Part shown: one piece after another, positions 31,960 to 43,172 of the stretch
Numbering within the stretch: position 1 is the first letter of the stretch
How the letters are laid out: each line of letters starts with the position of its first letter
Assembly (NCBI GenBank): GCA_964291215.2
Contig: OZ219791.1
Coordinates: 224,001 to 288,000 of the forward strand
Origin: Alphaproteobacteria bacterium
Lineage (GTDB): Bacteria; Pseudomonadota; Alphaproteobacteria; MPNO01; UBA830
DNA: 64,000 bases
Direction: 5' to 3'
Made by a program: the position numbers and the translations under genes
Notes under the pieces: model-generated
Databases searched by the model: none
What the model was told of the DNA's origin: nothing
What the model saw: only the letters and a program-made list of their open reading frames with translations

Positions 31960-33035
31960 CGGGCTTGCCGGCTCGGGTTCTTAAGGCGCTGACGGGGTTG
32001 GCGGCCGTGTGCCGCGCGCCGCTTGCTTCGGAGCCCTGTCCGGCGGCGTTCGAGGAGGTGGAGCGGCGAGTTCGGGAGAGCGTGAACGTGCTGGGCTGCG
32101 CGGTGCTGGGGTCGTGGATCGAGCGCCTCGACGACGGGGCGGGTCGAACGGGCCGGGCAGCGGCGGTTCCGTGTGGCGGCGACGCCGAAGACGATCATGA
32201 GCGCGCTCGGCCCGGTGACCTACAGACGGGCGCGTTATCGCCACGGCGTGGGCAGCCCCTCGTTCGTGCCGGTGGACGAGAGCCTGGGGCTGGTGAACGA
32301 CTGGCTGACGCGCCCGGCCGCCCGGCTCGGGCTGATGGTGAGCCATTGCACGGCCAGGGAAGCGGAAGAGTTCTTCTCGGAGATGGGCGCCATGACGCCG
32401 TCGGCGAGCAGCTTGCAGCGGCTCGCCCGGACCATGCATGAGCGCTGGGAGGGGCTGGGGCCGCAGGCGCTGGAGAGCATCTGCAATACGCAGGACATCC
32501 CGCCCGAGGCGGTCAGCGCCTCCGTGTCGCTCGACGGCGTCATGGTGGCGCTGCGCGCCGGCGAGGACGGGCGCGACGAAGCCTGCTGGCGCGAGGCCGC
32601 CTGCGGCACGGTCTCCTTCCATGACGGGGAAGGTGAACGGCTCAAGACCCTCTACTTCGCCCGCATGCCGGGGAGCGACAAGCCCACGCTGAAGGCCCAA
32701 CTCGCAAGCGAGGTCGCGTATATCCCCTAGGCCCGACATCGCCATAGTCGCCGTCGCCACCCCCGACAACTGGACCTTCCTGGAGAGCCTCTCGCCCGAG
32801 GCGCAGGCCGTCGACTTCTGGCACAGCTGCGAGCATCTCCGCACAGCCTCCGACCACGCCGTCGATCCCCGCTGGTTCGAGACTTGCCGCCATACCCTGC
32901 GACACGACTCGCACGGCAGCGCTAGGGTCATAAAGGCGCTGCACTACCTGCGCGACAAGGCAGGCGGCGACCGCGCCGCGCGCACCGCCATCGAGCGCGA
33001 ACTCGCCTTCTTCCGCAAGCACCGCAAGCGCATGC
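31960..33035 (+). pseudogene. ISKra4/ISLre2-like transposase fragment
   Basis: Fragments LGPVTYRRARY, VPVDESLGL, VSLDGVMV and VDFWH. Truncated by IS21. Confidence 0.7.
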
Positions 33036-33191
33036 TGCAAATTCCTGGCGGATTTGACCGTGTGGTGCGTGGCCCTGAGCCTAGCCTGACCGGCTATCTG
33101 TGTCTGGCGGCCGCGCGGTCGTCGGAGGCGCCGTTTCTCTCCCGCCCCTTCCTCATCGATCACCTGATCGGATCGAGGAGGGAAGGGGTCG

Positions 33192-34753
33192 ATGAAGAGG
33201 ATCGGCATGATGAAGATCAAAAATATCCTGCGGCACCGTCACGATTTTGGGCTGCCGCGCTCGCAGATCGCCGCCGCGACCGGTGTGAGCACGGGGACGG
33301 TTTCGCATGTGCTTGTCCGGGCAGCGGCGGCGGGCCTTGCCTGGCCGTTGCCGCCCGGGCTCGACGATGAGGCGCTTCGTGCGCGGCTCTACCCGGCGCC
33401 GGACCAGGACAGCGACCGGACGCAGCCCGGCTGGGATGCAATTGTCGAGGCGCTCACCGCGCTCCGCAAGCGCCGCCGCGCCCGGCTGACGCGGCGCCAG
33501 CTCTGGGTCGAGTACCGGGACGAAGCCCTGGCGCAGGGGAGCAAGGCCTATACCTACAGCCGCTTCTGCGGACTGCTGAAGGGTCGTCTGCACAGCCGGC
33601 CCGGGCCGGCGCAGATGCGCTTCCACTACGAGCCGGGGCTTTGGGGCCTGTCGGACTTCTCGGGCAAGACGCTGGCGCTGCGCACCGGCCGCGGCGAGAA
33701 GGATGTCGAGATCTTCGTCGCCGTGCTGGCGCACTCGAACCTGACCTATGTCGAGGCGGTCCCCGACCAGGGCGTGCGCCACTGGATCATGGCGCACCGC
33801 CGCGCCTTCGAATACTTCGGCGGCGTCCCCGCCCGCTGGATCATCGACAACCTCAAGGCCGGCGTCGACAAGGCGGACCGCGAGGAGCCGCGGCTCAATC
33901 CGAGCTTTGCCGAGTTCGCCCGGCACTACGGGGTCGCGGTGCTGCCGGCGCGCTCGGGGCGGGCGACGGACAAGGGGCTCGTCGAAGCCTGCGTCGGGGC
34001 GGTCCAGTCGCGTATCCTGCTCGTGCTGCGCCGTGAGACCTTCTTCTCGCTGGAAGCGACGAACGCCGCGAGCCGGCGCGAGCTCGACTGGTTCAACCGG
34101 GCTCCCATGGCCTGCGGAGAAACCCGGCGCGCCCTGTTCGAGGCCAACGAACGGGCGCTCCTCAAGCCTCTACCCCGGACCCCTGGGAATGGGGCGAGTG
34201 GATCGAACGCAAGGTCGGGCCGAGTTGCCACGTCCGCATCGCCTACAACCACTACTCCGCGCCCGAGCGCCATATCGGGCGCAAGGTCCACGCCCGCGTT
34301 GGCGAGCGCACGGTCGAACTCTTCCTCGACAGGGGTGGCGAGCGGATCGCCGTCCACCGTCTGAAGAGCGGGCGCAACCAGTACGCCACCAGCCCCGACC
34401 ATATGCCTGACCGCCTGAACGCGGTGCGCGATATCCGCGAACCCGACTACGGCGACATCCTGCTCGCTGGCGCCCGCGCCATCGGAGCCAACGCGCTGGC
34501 CTGGGCCGAACGCTGCTTCGCCTCGCGCGACTTCCCCGAACAGGCCTTCGCCACCGTGCAGGGCATGATCCGCCTCGCCGACGACCACGGCGCCGAATGC
34601 CTCGATGCGCTCTGCGCCGAGGCCCTCGATGCGAACCGCCTCTCTTCCGGCTTCCTCAGGGACCGCCTCAGGGCCGGCGCCGAGCCGCGCCGTCCCCGGG
34701 CGGAAGCCGGCGAGACCATCCCCCGCCACGACAATCTCCGCGGCGGCTCCTAA
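33192..34753 (+). pseudogene. istA: IS21 transposase IstA, single frameshift near 34185
   Basis: Motifs SDFSG, IIDNLKAGV and DKGLVE. The reading continues WEWGEW... in another frame. Confidence 0.88.
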
Positions 34754-34780
34754 CGACGGCAACGACAAGGGAACCAAGCC

Positions 34781-35542
34781 ATGACCCTCAGAAAACCCAA
34801 TATCGACCGCATGCTCCGGCTCGGCCTCACCGGCATGGTCGAAGCCCTGGAGGAACAGCGCGACATCGCCGATGTCGAGCAACTCGGCTTCGACGACCGG
34901 CTTGCCATGATGATCGAGCGCGAGGCCGGGCACCGCGACCACAAGAGCTATCTCGGCCATCTGCGCCAGGCCCAGCTGCGCATCCGCGCCGACATCCGGG
35001 ATGTCGACTGCCGCGCCGGGCGCGGCATCGCCCGCACCACGCTCACCCAGCTCGCTGCCGGCGACTGGATCCGGCAGGCGCTCAACCTGATCGTCGGCGG
35101 GGCGACCGGTTCAGGAAAGACCTTCGTGGCTTGCGCGCTCGCCCATCAGGCCTGCCGGCAGAAGCAGTCCGTCCTCTACCGCCGCGTCCCCGAACTGGTC
35201 ACCGCCCTCGTCCGCGCCTGCGACAAGGGCACCCACGCCCGGCTGATGGGCCGTCTCGCCAGGGTCGACCTGCTCATCCTCGACGACTGGGGCCTCCAGG
35301 GCTTCTCCGCCGAAGGACGACGCGACCTGCTTGAGATCGTCGAGGCCCGCCACCAGCGCAAGTCGATCCTGATCGCCTCCCAGATCCCCGTGCAGCAGTG
35401 GCCCGAGGTGATCGGCGAACCCACAATCGCCGACGCCGTCCTCGACCGCATCGTCCACAACGCCTACCGCATCGACCTCACCGGCGAGTCGCAGCGCAAG
35501 CGCAACAGGCCGCCGCCGCTCGACGGTGGGAACGACAAGTGA
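34781..35542 (+). CDS. istB: IS21 helper ATPase IstB
   Basis: Walker A GATGSGKT, LLILDDWG and DAVLDRIVHNAY. Confidence 0.95.
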   Translation: MTLRKPNIDRMLRLGLTGMVEALEEQRDIADVEQLGFDDRLAMMIEREAGHRDHKSYLGHLRQAQLRIRADIRDVDCRAGRGIARTTLTQLAAGDWIRQALNLIVGGATGSGKTFVACALAHQACRQKQSVLYRRVPELVTALVRACDKGTHARLMGRLARVDLLILDDWGLQGFSAEGRRDLLEIVEARHQRKSILIASQIPVQQWPEVIGEPTIADAVLDRIVHNAYRIDLTGESQRKRNRPPPLDGGNDK

Positions 35543-35685
35543 GAGAGCCCGGCCTGGCGGCCGGGTCCAGGGGCGCCTGCGGCGCCACTCCCGACCGCAA
35601 CACCGGGCAAGCGCGCCGGCATGCCCTATGCAGGGGCTTGCCGGCGCGCAGAACACGCCTTTGCATGACAAACAGGGCTCGCTTA

Positions 35686-36910
35686 GGGCTTGTCACCAAA
35701 TAATCGAATCCGTGTTGTTTGCGTTGGCGTTTTTGTCTGTCTGGTGGTTTTGGTTGAGCGCTTGCCCAAGGGTCAGTCTGCTGGCTTCGGTTGTTTGGTG
35801 TTGGGGTCTTTCCGGGATGATTTGTCGGTCAGTTTGGTTGTCGGTTGATTGTCCGGCGCTGGTTGGGCGTTTATGTTCGGAGCATGGAACAGAGCATGAG
35901 GCACCGGTTTGCATTCCTTTCTCCTCATCTTGACGAGAAGGGTCGCCGGTTGCGGCGCAGTGTCTTGGGCGTGAGCGCAAGTCTCGGACGGCGTTGCGCG
36001 TTCGACGATTGGACGGGGTCTGAAGGAGCGGAACAACGTCGCCGCCGGCGCGCGGGCGGCGACGGAGCGTCAGCCGGGTTTGCTGGCGGCGCTGGTTGCG
36101 CCGGCGACGCGGGGCGACCCGGAACGGTCTCGGGTTTCGAAGAGCACCCGGCATCTTGCGAAGTGTCTTGAGGGGCAGGGTTGTTCGGCGTCGCTTGTCG
36201 GGCGGCTTCTGGGCGTATGCGCTGCAGGCGAAGACCCGCGAAGGCGGCGTGCACCGGGCAGTTCGGCCATATAAACGAGCAGGTTGCGGTGTTTCTTGCC
36301 GCCGGGGAGCCGACACCAGGAAGAAGGAACTGATCGGCGATTTCAAGAACGCCGGCCGCCAGTGGCGGCCGAAGGGCCGGCCCGAGGAAGTGAAGGTTCA
36401 TGACTTCGCGGACAAGGAACTCGGCAAGGCTGCCCCCTACGGAGACGTGGCCCACAACATCGGCTGATCAGCCATGACACGGCGGCGTTTGCGGCGGAAA
36501 GCATCCGGCGCCCAGGGCGCTACCCCGGGGCGGCGGCTGATCACCGCCGACTGCGGCGGCTCGAACGGGGCCCGGCTGCGGAAGGTCGAACTGCAGAAGC
36601 TCGCCAGGGAACTCGAGATCATGGTCTGCCGCCCGGCACCAGCAAATGGAACCGCACACCGCCTGTTCTCGTTCATCAGCCAGAACTGGCGCGCTGCGCA
36701 ACCTCGCCGCCATCGTCAGCCTGATCAGCGCAACCACCACCGAAGCCGGCCTCAAGGTCTATTGCGATGTCGACGAAAACACCTGTCCCAAGGGAATCAA
36801 GGATGCCGAGATCAAGGCCCTCGACATCAAGCGCGCAAAATTCCAAGGCGAGTGGAACTATTCACTCTTGCCAACACCCAATACAGAAGCGGTTGTTTCG
36901 TGACGAGCCC
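35686..36910 (+). mobile_element. ISAzo13 family element (degraded), inverted near-identical copy of 24046-25270
   Basis: Same length (1225 bp) and the same junk ORFs. One visible difference (CPKEIK versus CPKGIK). Confidence 0.9.
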
Positions 36911-37247
36911 TAAGGAGATTTTCGTTGTGCCGCTGCGGCGCGACGGATGCTGTCGCGCCCGCAGGCGCTGCGGTGGCGCCGCCTGCCTCGCCTGATCTCG
37001 CTCCCCGGGGTTCCGAGGTGATGCGTTCGCTGCACGACGAGCTGGCGGCGATCGAGAACTTCCGCCGCGCAGGAAGCACAAGGGAGGAGTTCGACAAGGC
37101 CCGCGGACGCCTCGAGCAGCGCTCGATACTTGCCGCTCGAGGACCTGATCAACTACCCCGGCAGATCGCCCACATGCTACCGCGAGCCGCCGGGAAAGAG
37201 CGCCAGCGGCGCAGCGAGCGGCAACGACTGCACCGGTACATCATCAC

Positions 37248-38718
37248 CTTATATGACTAGGTTTTGTCCCCTTGATGATGAAATCATCCACAGCAGTTGG
37301 GGGCGGGAAAATGTGGATAACCTCGACTGTGGGAGAGCGTCCGGTCTATGGTTGCAGAGAGATTCCGCTCCCCTGAGCGAACACGCACAGGGGAGCGGGG
37401 TGCGGGGATCAAACGATCTCCGCGGAGGTTGCCGTTTTGACCTTGGCCTTGACAGGGCCGCGAGCGAGTGTGGTCGGCCAACCTCCCTTGACGTCCCTCG
37501 CGTCCTGAATGGATGCTTGGGTTTGAACCCGTATCATCGTAAGGCGAGGAGCAAGAGACGATGGTCAAGATAGTAGCAGGGATTGATGTCAGCAAGGCCA
37601 GTCTGGACATCTGTGCGGCGGGCATTGTTTTGCGAACGACGCCACGAGCTGGCGGGCAAGTGGCTTCGCGGCCTCGGGGTGAGCCGGGTGGTGATGGAAG
37701 CGACAGGCCGCTATCACCGCAAGGTTCACCAGTGTCTTCATGACCGGGGCTTCGAGGTTATTCTCGTCAACCCGTTGCGGGCTTCGCCGAGGCGATGGGC
37801 CATCTGGCGAACCGCGTCGACGCGTTGATGCTGGCCAAGATCGGCTGGGCGATCTTGAGCCTGTGGCTCCTCAGGATGCCTTCCTCAAGAGCCTGGAGGA
37901 TCTCTTCGTGGCGCGTGCCGCGCTTGTCGACGCCAGGCAGGTGGCAGATGAGGTGGATGGCGAAGGCGAGACCGTCACAAGGGCCTCAGCGGCCGATCTC
38001 GATGACCGCATTGCCGGCGCGGCGATCAAAGCGGTGATCGCCGGTGATCCCGAGTAAGCCGAGAGGTATGCCATCCTGACCTCGATCCCCGGTCCGATGA
38101 CCGCCGCGGCCCTTCTTTGCTGGATGCCCGAACTCGGCAGCGTCGGCAGGCGGCAGCCTTGATCGGGGTGGCGCCGATGGCCAACGACCACGGTGCTCGG
38201 CACATCCGTGGCGGGCGCCGAAGGCCACGCGATCTCCTGTTCATGGCCGCAACCGGCACGCTTCAACGCGGACCTGGTGCGCCTCAAGACTGCCGGCAAG
38301 GCCCACAAGGTCGCGATTGTCGCCGTGATGCGCAAGCTCTGGCGAACACCTTGCTGCGACAGCAGCGTTGCCTGAAGTACCGGTGAGTGAGCGAAGGAGA
38401 CACGGCCCTGCCGAAAGCGCGATCGGGACTGTCTCGACAGTCTCCCTCTACGACACGACTTGGGGAGAATGTCTGCAGATCATCGTCGAGGTCGACATCA
38501 AGGAGATCGAACCGCCTTGGGACACCTGGAACCCGGACGGTCACGTGCCCGGGGACGGCAAGGTAGCCGCGTTCACGTGACCAATGGACGGCAACCCGCC
38601 GCCGGGACCACAAGCTTCATGTCGCCTCGCTCGCAGAGCAAACCCCACACCGCTTGTGGACAACCACAGAAAACATCACCACAGACACCCGCAAAAACCT
38701 TGCCAAGAAACATGGATG
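37248..38718 (+). mobile_element. IS110 family element, copy B (degraded)
   Basis: Fragments MVKIVAGIDVSKASLD, VVMEATGRY and GKAHKVAIVAVMRKL. CT core at 37248-37249 and 38719-38720. Confidence 0.9.
37340..37555 (+). ncRNA. Putative IS110 bridge RNA, copy B
   Basis: Right-target guide GAGCGAG (37462-37468) versus flank CTCGCTC. Left-donor guide ATGGATGCT (37509-37517) is identical to the element right end (38712-38720). Right-donor guide TAAG versus left end CTTA. Confidence 0.8.
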
Positions 38719-38834
38719 CTCGCTCGATGCGCAACACGCGTCGCCAGAGGAACTGCTGCGGCCGCGGGCCGTGGAAAACATGAACCACCGAGACCGCGTC
38801 TTCGGCGAGGACGCCTGCCTGACCCGCACCGGCC

Positions 38835-41800
38835 CTTTCAACATCCCACACTTCTACAGGCATCTCATTCCCGCCTTCTCTCGCCGAGTGCGTCGCGCAC
38901 CTGGATCGCCCGGTGCAGCCGCTCGAGACCCTGCCAGACCTTCTTCGTTCCCGGGAGCGATTGCCGCGCGGCAAGATGCGATCCGACAAGGCGTCCGAGA
39001 TCGACGACCACCGCCCTGATGTCGGGCGCCTTCCCGTCCGCCATCCTCACGACGTTGCGATGACCCTGCGCTTCCAGCAGCGTGTGGAGCAGGTCGATGT
39101 CCTCCTCCGCAAACACCTCGCTCGCCGAGGTCAAGGGACGTTCCCGCGCGAGGACGGTCAGGACATGGACGGCGAGGCACTTCTTCAGATCGTCGGCCCG
39201 CCGGCGGTCCTTGATCCAGGTCTTCGGCGTGCGGAACCAGGCTCCATCGCACCAGCGCCGGACGGTCGCCACGTGCACGGCCTCCGCTTGCGCCGGGCGC
39301 TCGGTGGTCAGCAGCGCCTCGTCGCCGTCTCGCTGGCCGCGAACATGGACACGGGCGTCGCCCTCGCGGTGCGGCGGCGCCACCTGTGCGGATCTCGAGA
39401 CGGACAACGCGCTCCTTGCGGGCGCGCCGGCGGCCGGGATCGTCAGCTCCGTCACGGGCCGCGACATGCTCCCGCAGGCACGCCTCGTTGCCGTCCGCAC
39501 GCGCTGGCTCGCGCGCACCAGCAGCGCGGCCCCGGCGTCCGCAGCTCCCGGAAGTCGCGGTCGCAGACCACCCGCGTGTCCGGGCAGGCCGCCGCGAGCT
39601 CCCGTGCCCGCCCGGCGCCGGCTGTCCTCCCCGGGCTCCTGCCGGAAGGCCGCCGTGAACAGGCCCGGGGGCCGGCCCTCCGGCGTCACCGCCAGATCGG
39701 CGAGAATGCCGACGCTCCCCTTGCCGATCCCGTCCGGGCCCTTCGTCGACCCCGGGCCGCTGCAGTCGAGTGCCGTCGTGTCCTGTATCGCAAGAGGCTC
39801 TGTCCGAAAACGCTCGACGATCGCCTCGACATGCGCCTCCGGAACGTGCTCCATGGAGATCCTCGGGTTCGACAGCAACCGGCCTTCTGCTCCGCCTTCT
39901 CGGGAAAGATGACCGGCAGGTCCTCCCCCATGTTCTCCATCCAGGCCCATGTCAACGATGCGCCGCCGCCCGTCGGCGTGCGCCCGTACTTCCGGTTCGC
40001 GTCAGTGCCGTCACAGGCGCCCGCCAGGGCGCCGAGTGGACGTCGCCCTGTCTCGTGGAGCGCCAGCCGCTCTCCAGCGCCAAGACCCCTCGCCGCGGCG
40101 CCCCCGCCCAGCCACGGTCCAGCCGGCGCAGTGGCAGCAGTAACCGCTCCGCGCCGACATGGGTACAGGCCGCCACCGGACGCACCGCGGGCCTCCCGGT
40201 CGTCGGCGACGTGCTCCGCCGCCATGCGCAGGACCCCAGCCCGCAGACCCGGACGCCGGGAAAAAACCGATGATGGCAGATCACGCGCCTGATGTTGGCG
40301 GCGCGGGCGTCGGCAGACCATCCGATCCACCTGTCCCGCGCCCGCAGCTGCCAGGTTGCGGACCCGAAGCCGATCCCGCGTGCCGTGGTGCTGCGAGCGG
40401 GCCCGGTAGCGCATCTGGCCGCCGGGGCGCCTATCCCGGCGGGTGGTGCGTCGCCATCATCGCCTCCCGGAGCCGGCGATCGTCGGTGCTGCCCACCGGC
40501 GAGACCGGGCCGAGATCCTGCAGCAGGCAGGCAAGCCCGGTACGTCATCGGACGGGACGGCGGGCACGACGGTCGGGGACGCTCCGCGGCGGCGGGAGCT
40601 CGAGACCCACGCGCTCGGCGAGCGCCGGCAGCACCTTCGCCGCCGCCGCCAGGCACGGACGACCAGGCGCGTTGCGCCAGCCGGTGCGCTCGCAAAGCTC
40701 GCGAGCCAGACCGTGGCGGCGGCGGAGCGCGCTAGCGAACCAGTCAAGTGTCCGTGAATCGAAATGGCGGAGACCGACCTGCATGCCCGCAGCATGCACG
40801 AAACCAATCACCTATATAGATCTGACACGTATCTACTCACCCCTTGTTGGGTTCTGATTGGCCATAGTGCTCGTTGATGATGTCTGCGGCTTTTCCGTCG
40901 AGGGCGATCTGGGTGGCGACGAGTGGGTTGTAGCCGAGTGCGGCCATGGAGGTGAGGTAGCTTGGCACCATGCTTTTGCGTGGAGCGGAAGCATCCGGAC
41001 ACCTTGACCTTTGCCATCCTGATCTTCTGTTCTCCGGCATTGTTGGTGAAGCTGACGTTGGGGTCGTCTGTGAAGCGCAGGTTTTCGTGTTTCACGAGAC
41101 GTTCGTGCAGGTTGTGCGCGTTTGCTATGCGTTTTCCTTTCGGCGGCGGCGGGATGTCGGGCAGTTCCCTGGCGCCCTGATGGTGCGGTAGCGCTTGCGC
41201 CCGGCGTCGTTCAGGGTCTTGGATGCGCTCTTGTTGATCTTGTGGCAGACCTCGCGGAGCAGGCTCTTCATAAGTCGCGCCCAGCGGTAGCCTCGACGAC
41301 AAAGGTCAGTTCGCACAGTAGGTGGCTGCCGCACAGCTGGTGGCTACACTGGCCCATGTACGAGGCCCAGGACGCCCTTGTAACACGGGCCGATCTCTTG
41401 CCCGCGCTTGCGGTGCGGGAACTTGCACGTCAGGGTCCCACGACATGGAGCCACTTACTGTTGATCCGAAATCCGGTCTCGTCGACATCGGGCGTCGCAG
41501 GAGGTGCGCCACGGCGGCCTCCTCCCATGACACGGGCGCATCGTGAAAGCATAGCCGAGGCCTCGGAGAGCTTGATGCCGGAGATCGCCTGCACGAACGC
41601 GACGGCACGGCGCAGGGACAGCATCTGGGCGACCAGCAGGTTGATGACGAGGGCCTGGATGCCGATGCCGTACTGCACGGGATGTTGTCGGGGAACCGGC
41701 CCTTGGTCCGGGCCTTGCACTTCGGGCATTCCTTGATCTCGGCGCGGCGCGACCTCGAACACGATGTCGTAGAGGACGCGGCGCTCCCGATCGACGGGGC

Positions 41801-42453
41801 CGTCGATGTCAGCGCCGCAGGCGTCGCAGGCCGCGACCGTCTCCTCGACGATAGTCTTGCGCAGGTTGTCGCCCATCTGCCGGTTCGGCTTCGGGCCCTT
41901 ACCGTTGCTCCCGGCACGCTCTCGTCCTTGTCCGTCTGTGACGGCGGCAGACCGGAGTTCCGGCTCGTGCGTGGTCTTCTCCAGAAGGACGACGATGAGG
42001 ATGTCGAGCAGGATGACGAAGACGCGGATCACGGCCTCTTTCGGCACCTTGCCGGCAGCGCCGCGGTCTTGGCCGCTTCGAACTCCTCGCGCGCCGCGTT
42101 GACCGTCGCCATCACCCGGCCTCGACGGTCATGATCGTCGCGAGCATCGCTTGGCGCTCGCCCGGCGGCATCTTCTGGTACTCCGCCGCCCGGCCTTGCG
42201 CTTCATCAGCACGCCGCCTCCGAGATGCGTTTCCACATACAGATCATGCGGGGGCTGGAGCCCCGGAAGCAGCTGGCACAGCCCGCTCGTCGCTTTCGAT
42301 CCAAAGTAGCCCACTGGCAGTCCCCGTCGTTCTCGATGACCACCACTAAGCGAATCGGCATGCAGTGTCAAATCTCCACGAAACCCGTTCGTTACTCTAC
42401 CCCGACATCAAGCCGGAACCAGGGGGTGAGCAGTTACTCTGACACTTTGAAAG
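38835..42453 (-). mobile_element. IS4/Tn5-like element with DUF4338-like N-terminus (degraded), TSD GCACCGGCC
   Basis: Fragments RLLSNP, LAIQDTT and PGTKKVWQGL. IRs CTTTCAA. 9-bp TSD at 38826-38834 and 42454-42462. Confidence 0.85.
40829..42437 (-). mobile_element. IS66 family element copy 2 (degraded), TSD TCTGACAC
   Basis: Same ends as copy 1. Perfect 8-bp TSD lying inside the IS4 terminus. Confidence 0.9.
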
Positions 42454-42810
42454 GCACCGGCCCCGCAAACCGCGCCAGCCTCGACAACATCGCGCTCGCG
42501 GTGATCTTCGCCAACCGACGCGAGAGCCTCGCCGAAACACGGCGGCGGCTCGACCGCCGGGAAGCCGCAGCCCTTTACATCCCGAAAACAACTCGTCCAC
42601 GCGCCAATAACGCCGCCGGCGACGACCGCGGACGGCCCCGAAGCCGGAAAACCCGGCATGTTGTGAACCTCCGGGCAGCAGAAGACAGCAAAATTGAATG
42701 CGGCGTGGGAAAGGCCTGGGCCTGCGGCATCACGCGTTGCAGCGGATGCGGTGTTCGACTACAGTTCATGGCAAGATAAGGATCCTGTTCACTTGCACGG
42801 AGATTCAGTC

Positions 42811-43065
42811 ATGAAACCTGTTCTTGCGTTCGCGGCGGCCGCGCTGGTCGTCCTTTCGGCCCCGGCTGTGGCTGGTGAAGGCCTCGGCGGTTGCATGGGC
42901 TATCATCAGGTTGTGCAGTCGCCGGCCCCGGCGGTTTCGGCGGCGGCGCCGTCTGCCCCCGCAATGACGGCGGTGCCAAGCACGACGGCAGTCTCCCGGG
43001 ACGCCAAGAAAAAGCCTCCGCAGACAGCCAGCACCCGCATTGAGGTGGATCAGCACGGCAGCTGA
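42811..43065 (+). CDS. Small hypothetical secreted protein
   Basis: Signal peptide MKPVLAFAAAALVVLSAPAVA and an Ala/Pro-rich tail. RBS GGAG upstream and a hairpin downstream. Confidence 0.6.
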   Translation: MKPVLAFAAAALVVLSAPAVAGEGLGGCMGYHQVVQSPAPAVSAAAPSAPAMTAVPSTTAVSRDAKKKPPQTASTRIEVDQHGS

Positions 43066-43086
43066 ATCCTGCGACGACTCTCGCCC

Positions 43087-43123
43087 GCGCCGGACCGGGA
43101 CCGCTTTCGTCCCGGTCCGGCGC
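43087..43123 (+). terminator. 15-bp stem hairpin
   Basis: GCGCCGGACCGGGAC-CGCTTTC-GTCCCGGTCCGGCGC. Confidence 0.5.
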
Positions 43124-43172
43124 CAACGCGGACGACGCGCCGGTCGCAATCTGATCCAGAGGACTGCACAGG

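Larger units (their letters stand above)
33036..35685 (+). mobile_element. IS21 family element, right end cut by ISAzo13
   Basis: Left end TGCAAATTCC and an istA/istB pair. Confidence 0.88.
24046..36910. mobile_element. Composite transposon bounded by inverted ISAzo13 copies, TSD TAA
   Basis: TAA at 24043-24045 and 36911-36913. The flanks rejoin to CCCCATGG-TAA-GGAGATTTTCGTTGTG, matching the uninterrupted ISAs1 sequence near 49590-49620. Confidence 0.85.
22004..42718 (+). mobile_element. Degraded ISAs1-type element (DUF4338-like N-terminus) hosting a ~19 kb nest of elements
   Basis: Ends CAGGGCGATCTTACGCTAAATTC and GAATGCGGCGTGGGAAAGGCCTG. Its pieces (22004-22203, 23635-24045, 36911-37247, 38719-38834, 42454-42718) are colinear with 49009-50751 and include VENMNH.RDRVFGED. 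No TSD. Confidence 0.8.

Noticed and set aside
22004-42718. CRISPR array or diversity-generating retroelement
   Set aside because: There are no regularly spaced repeats. The only RT is inside a group II intron with clear ends, and no template/variable repeat pair was seen.
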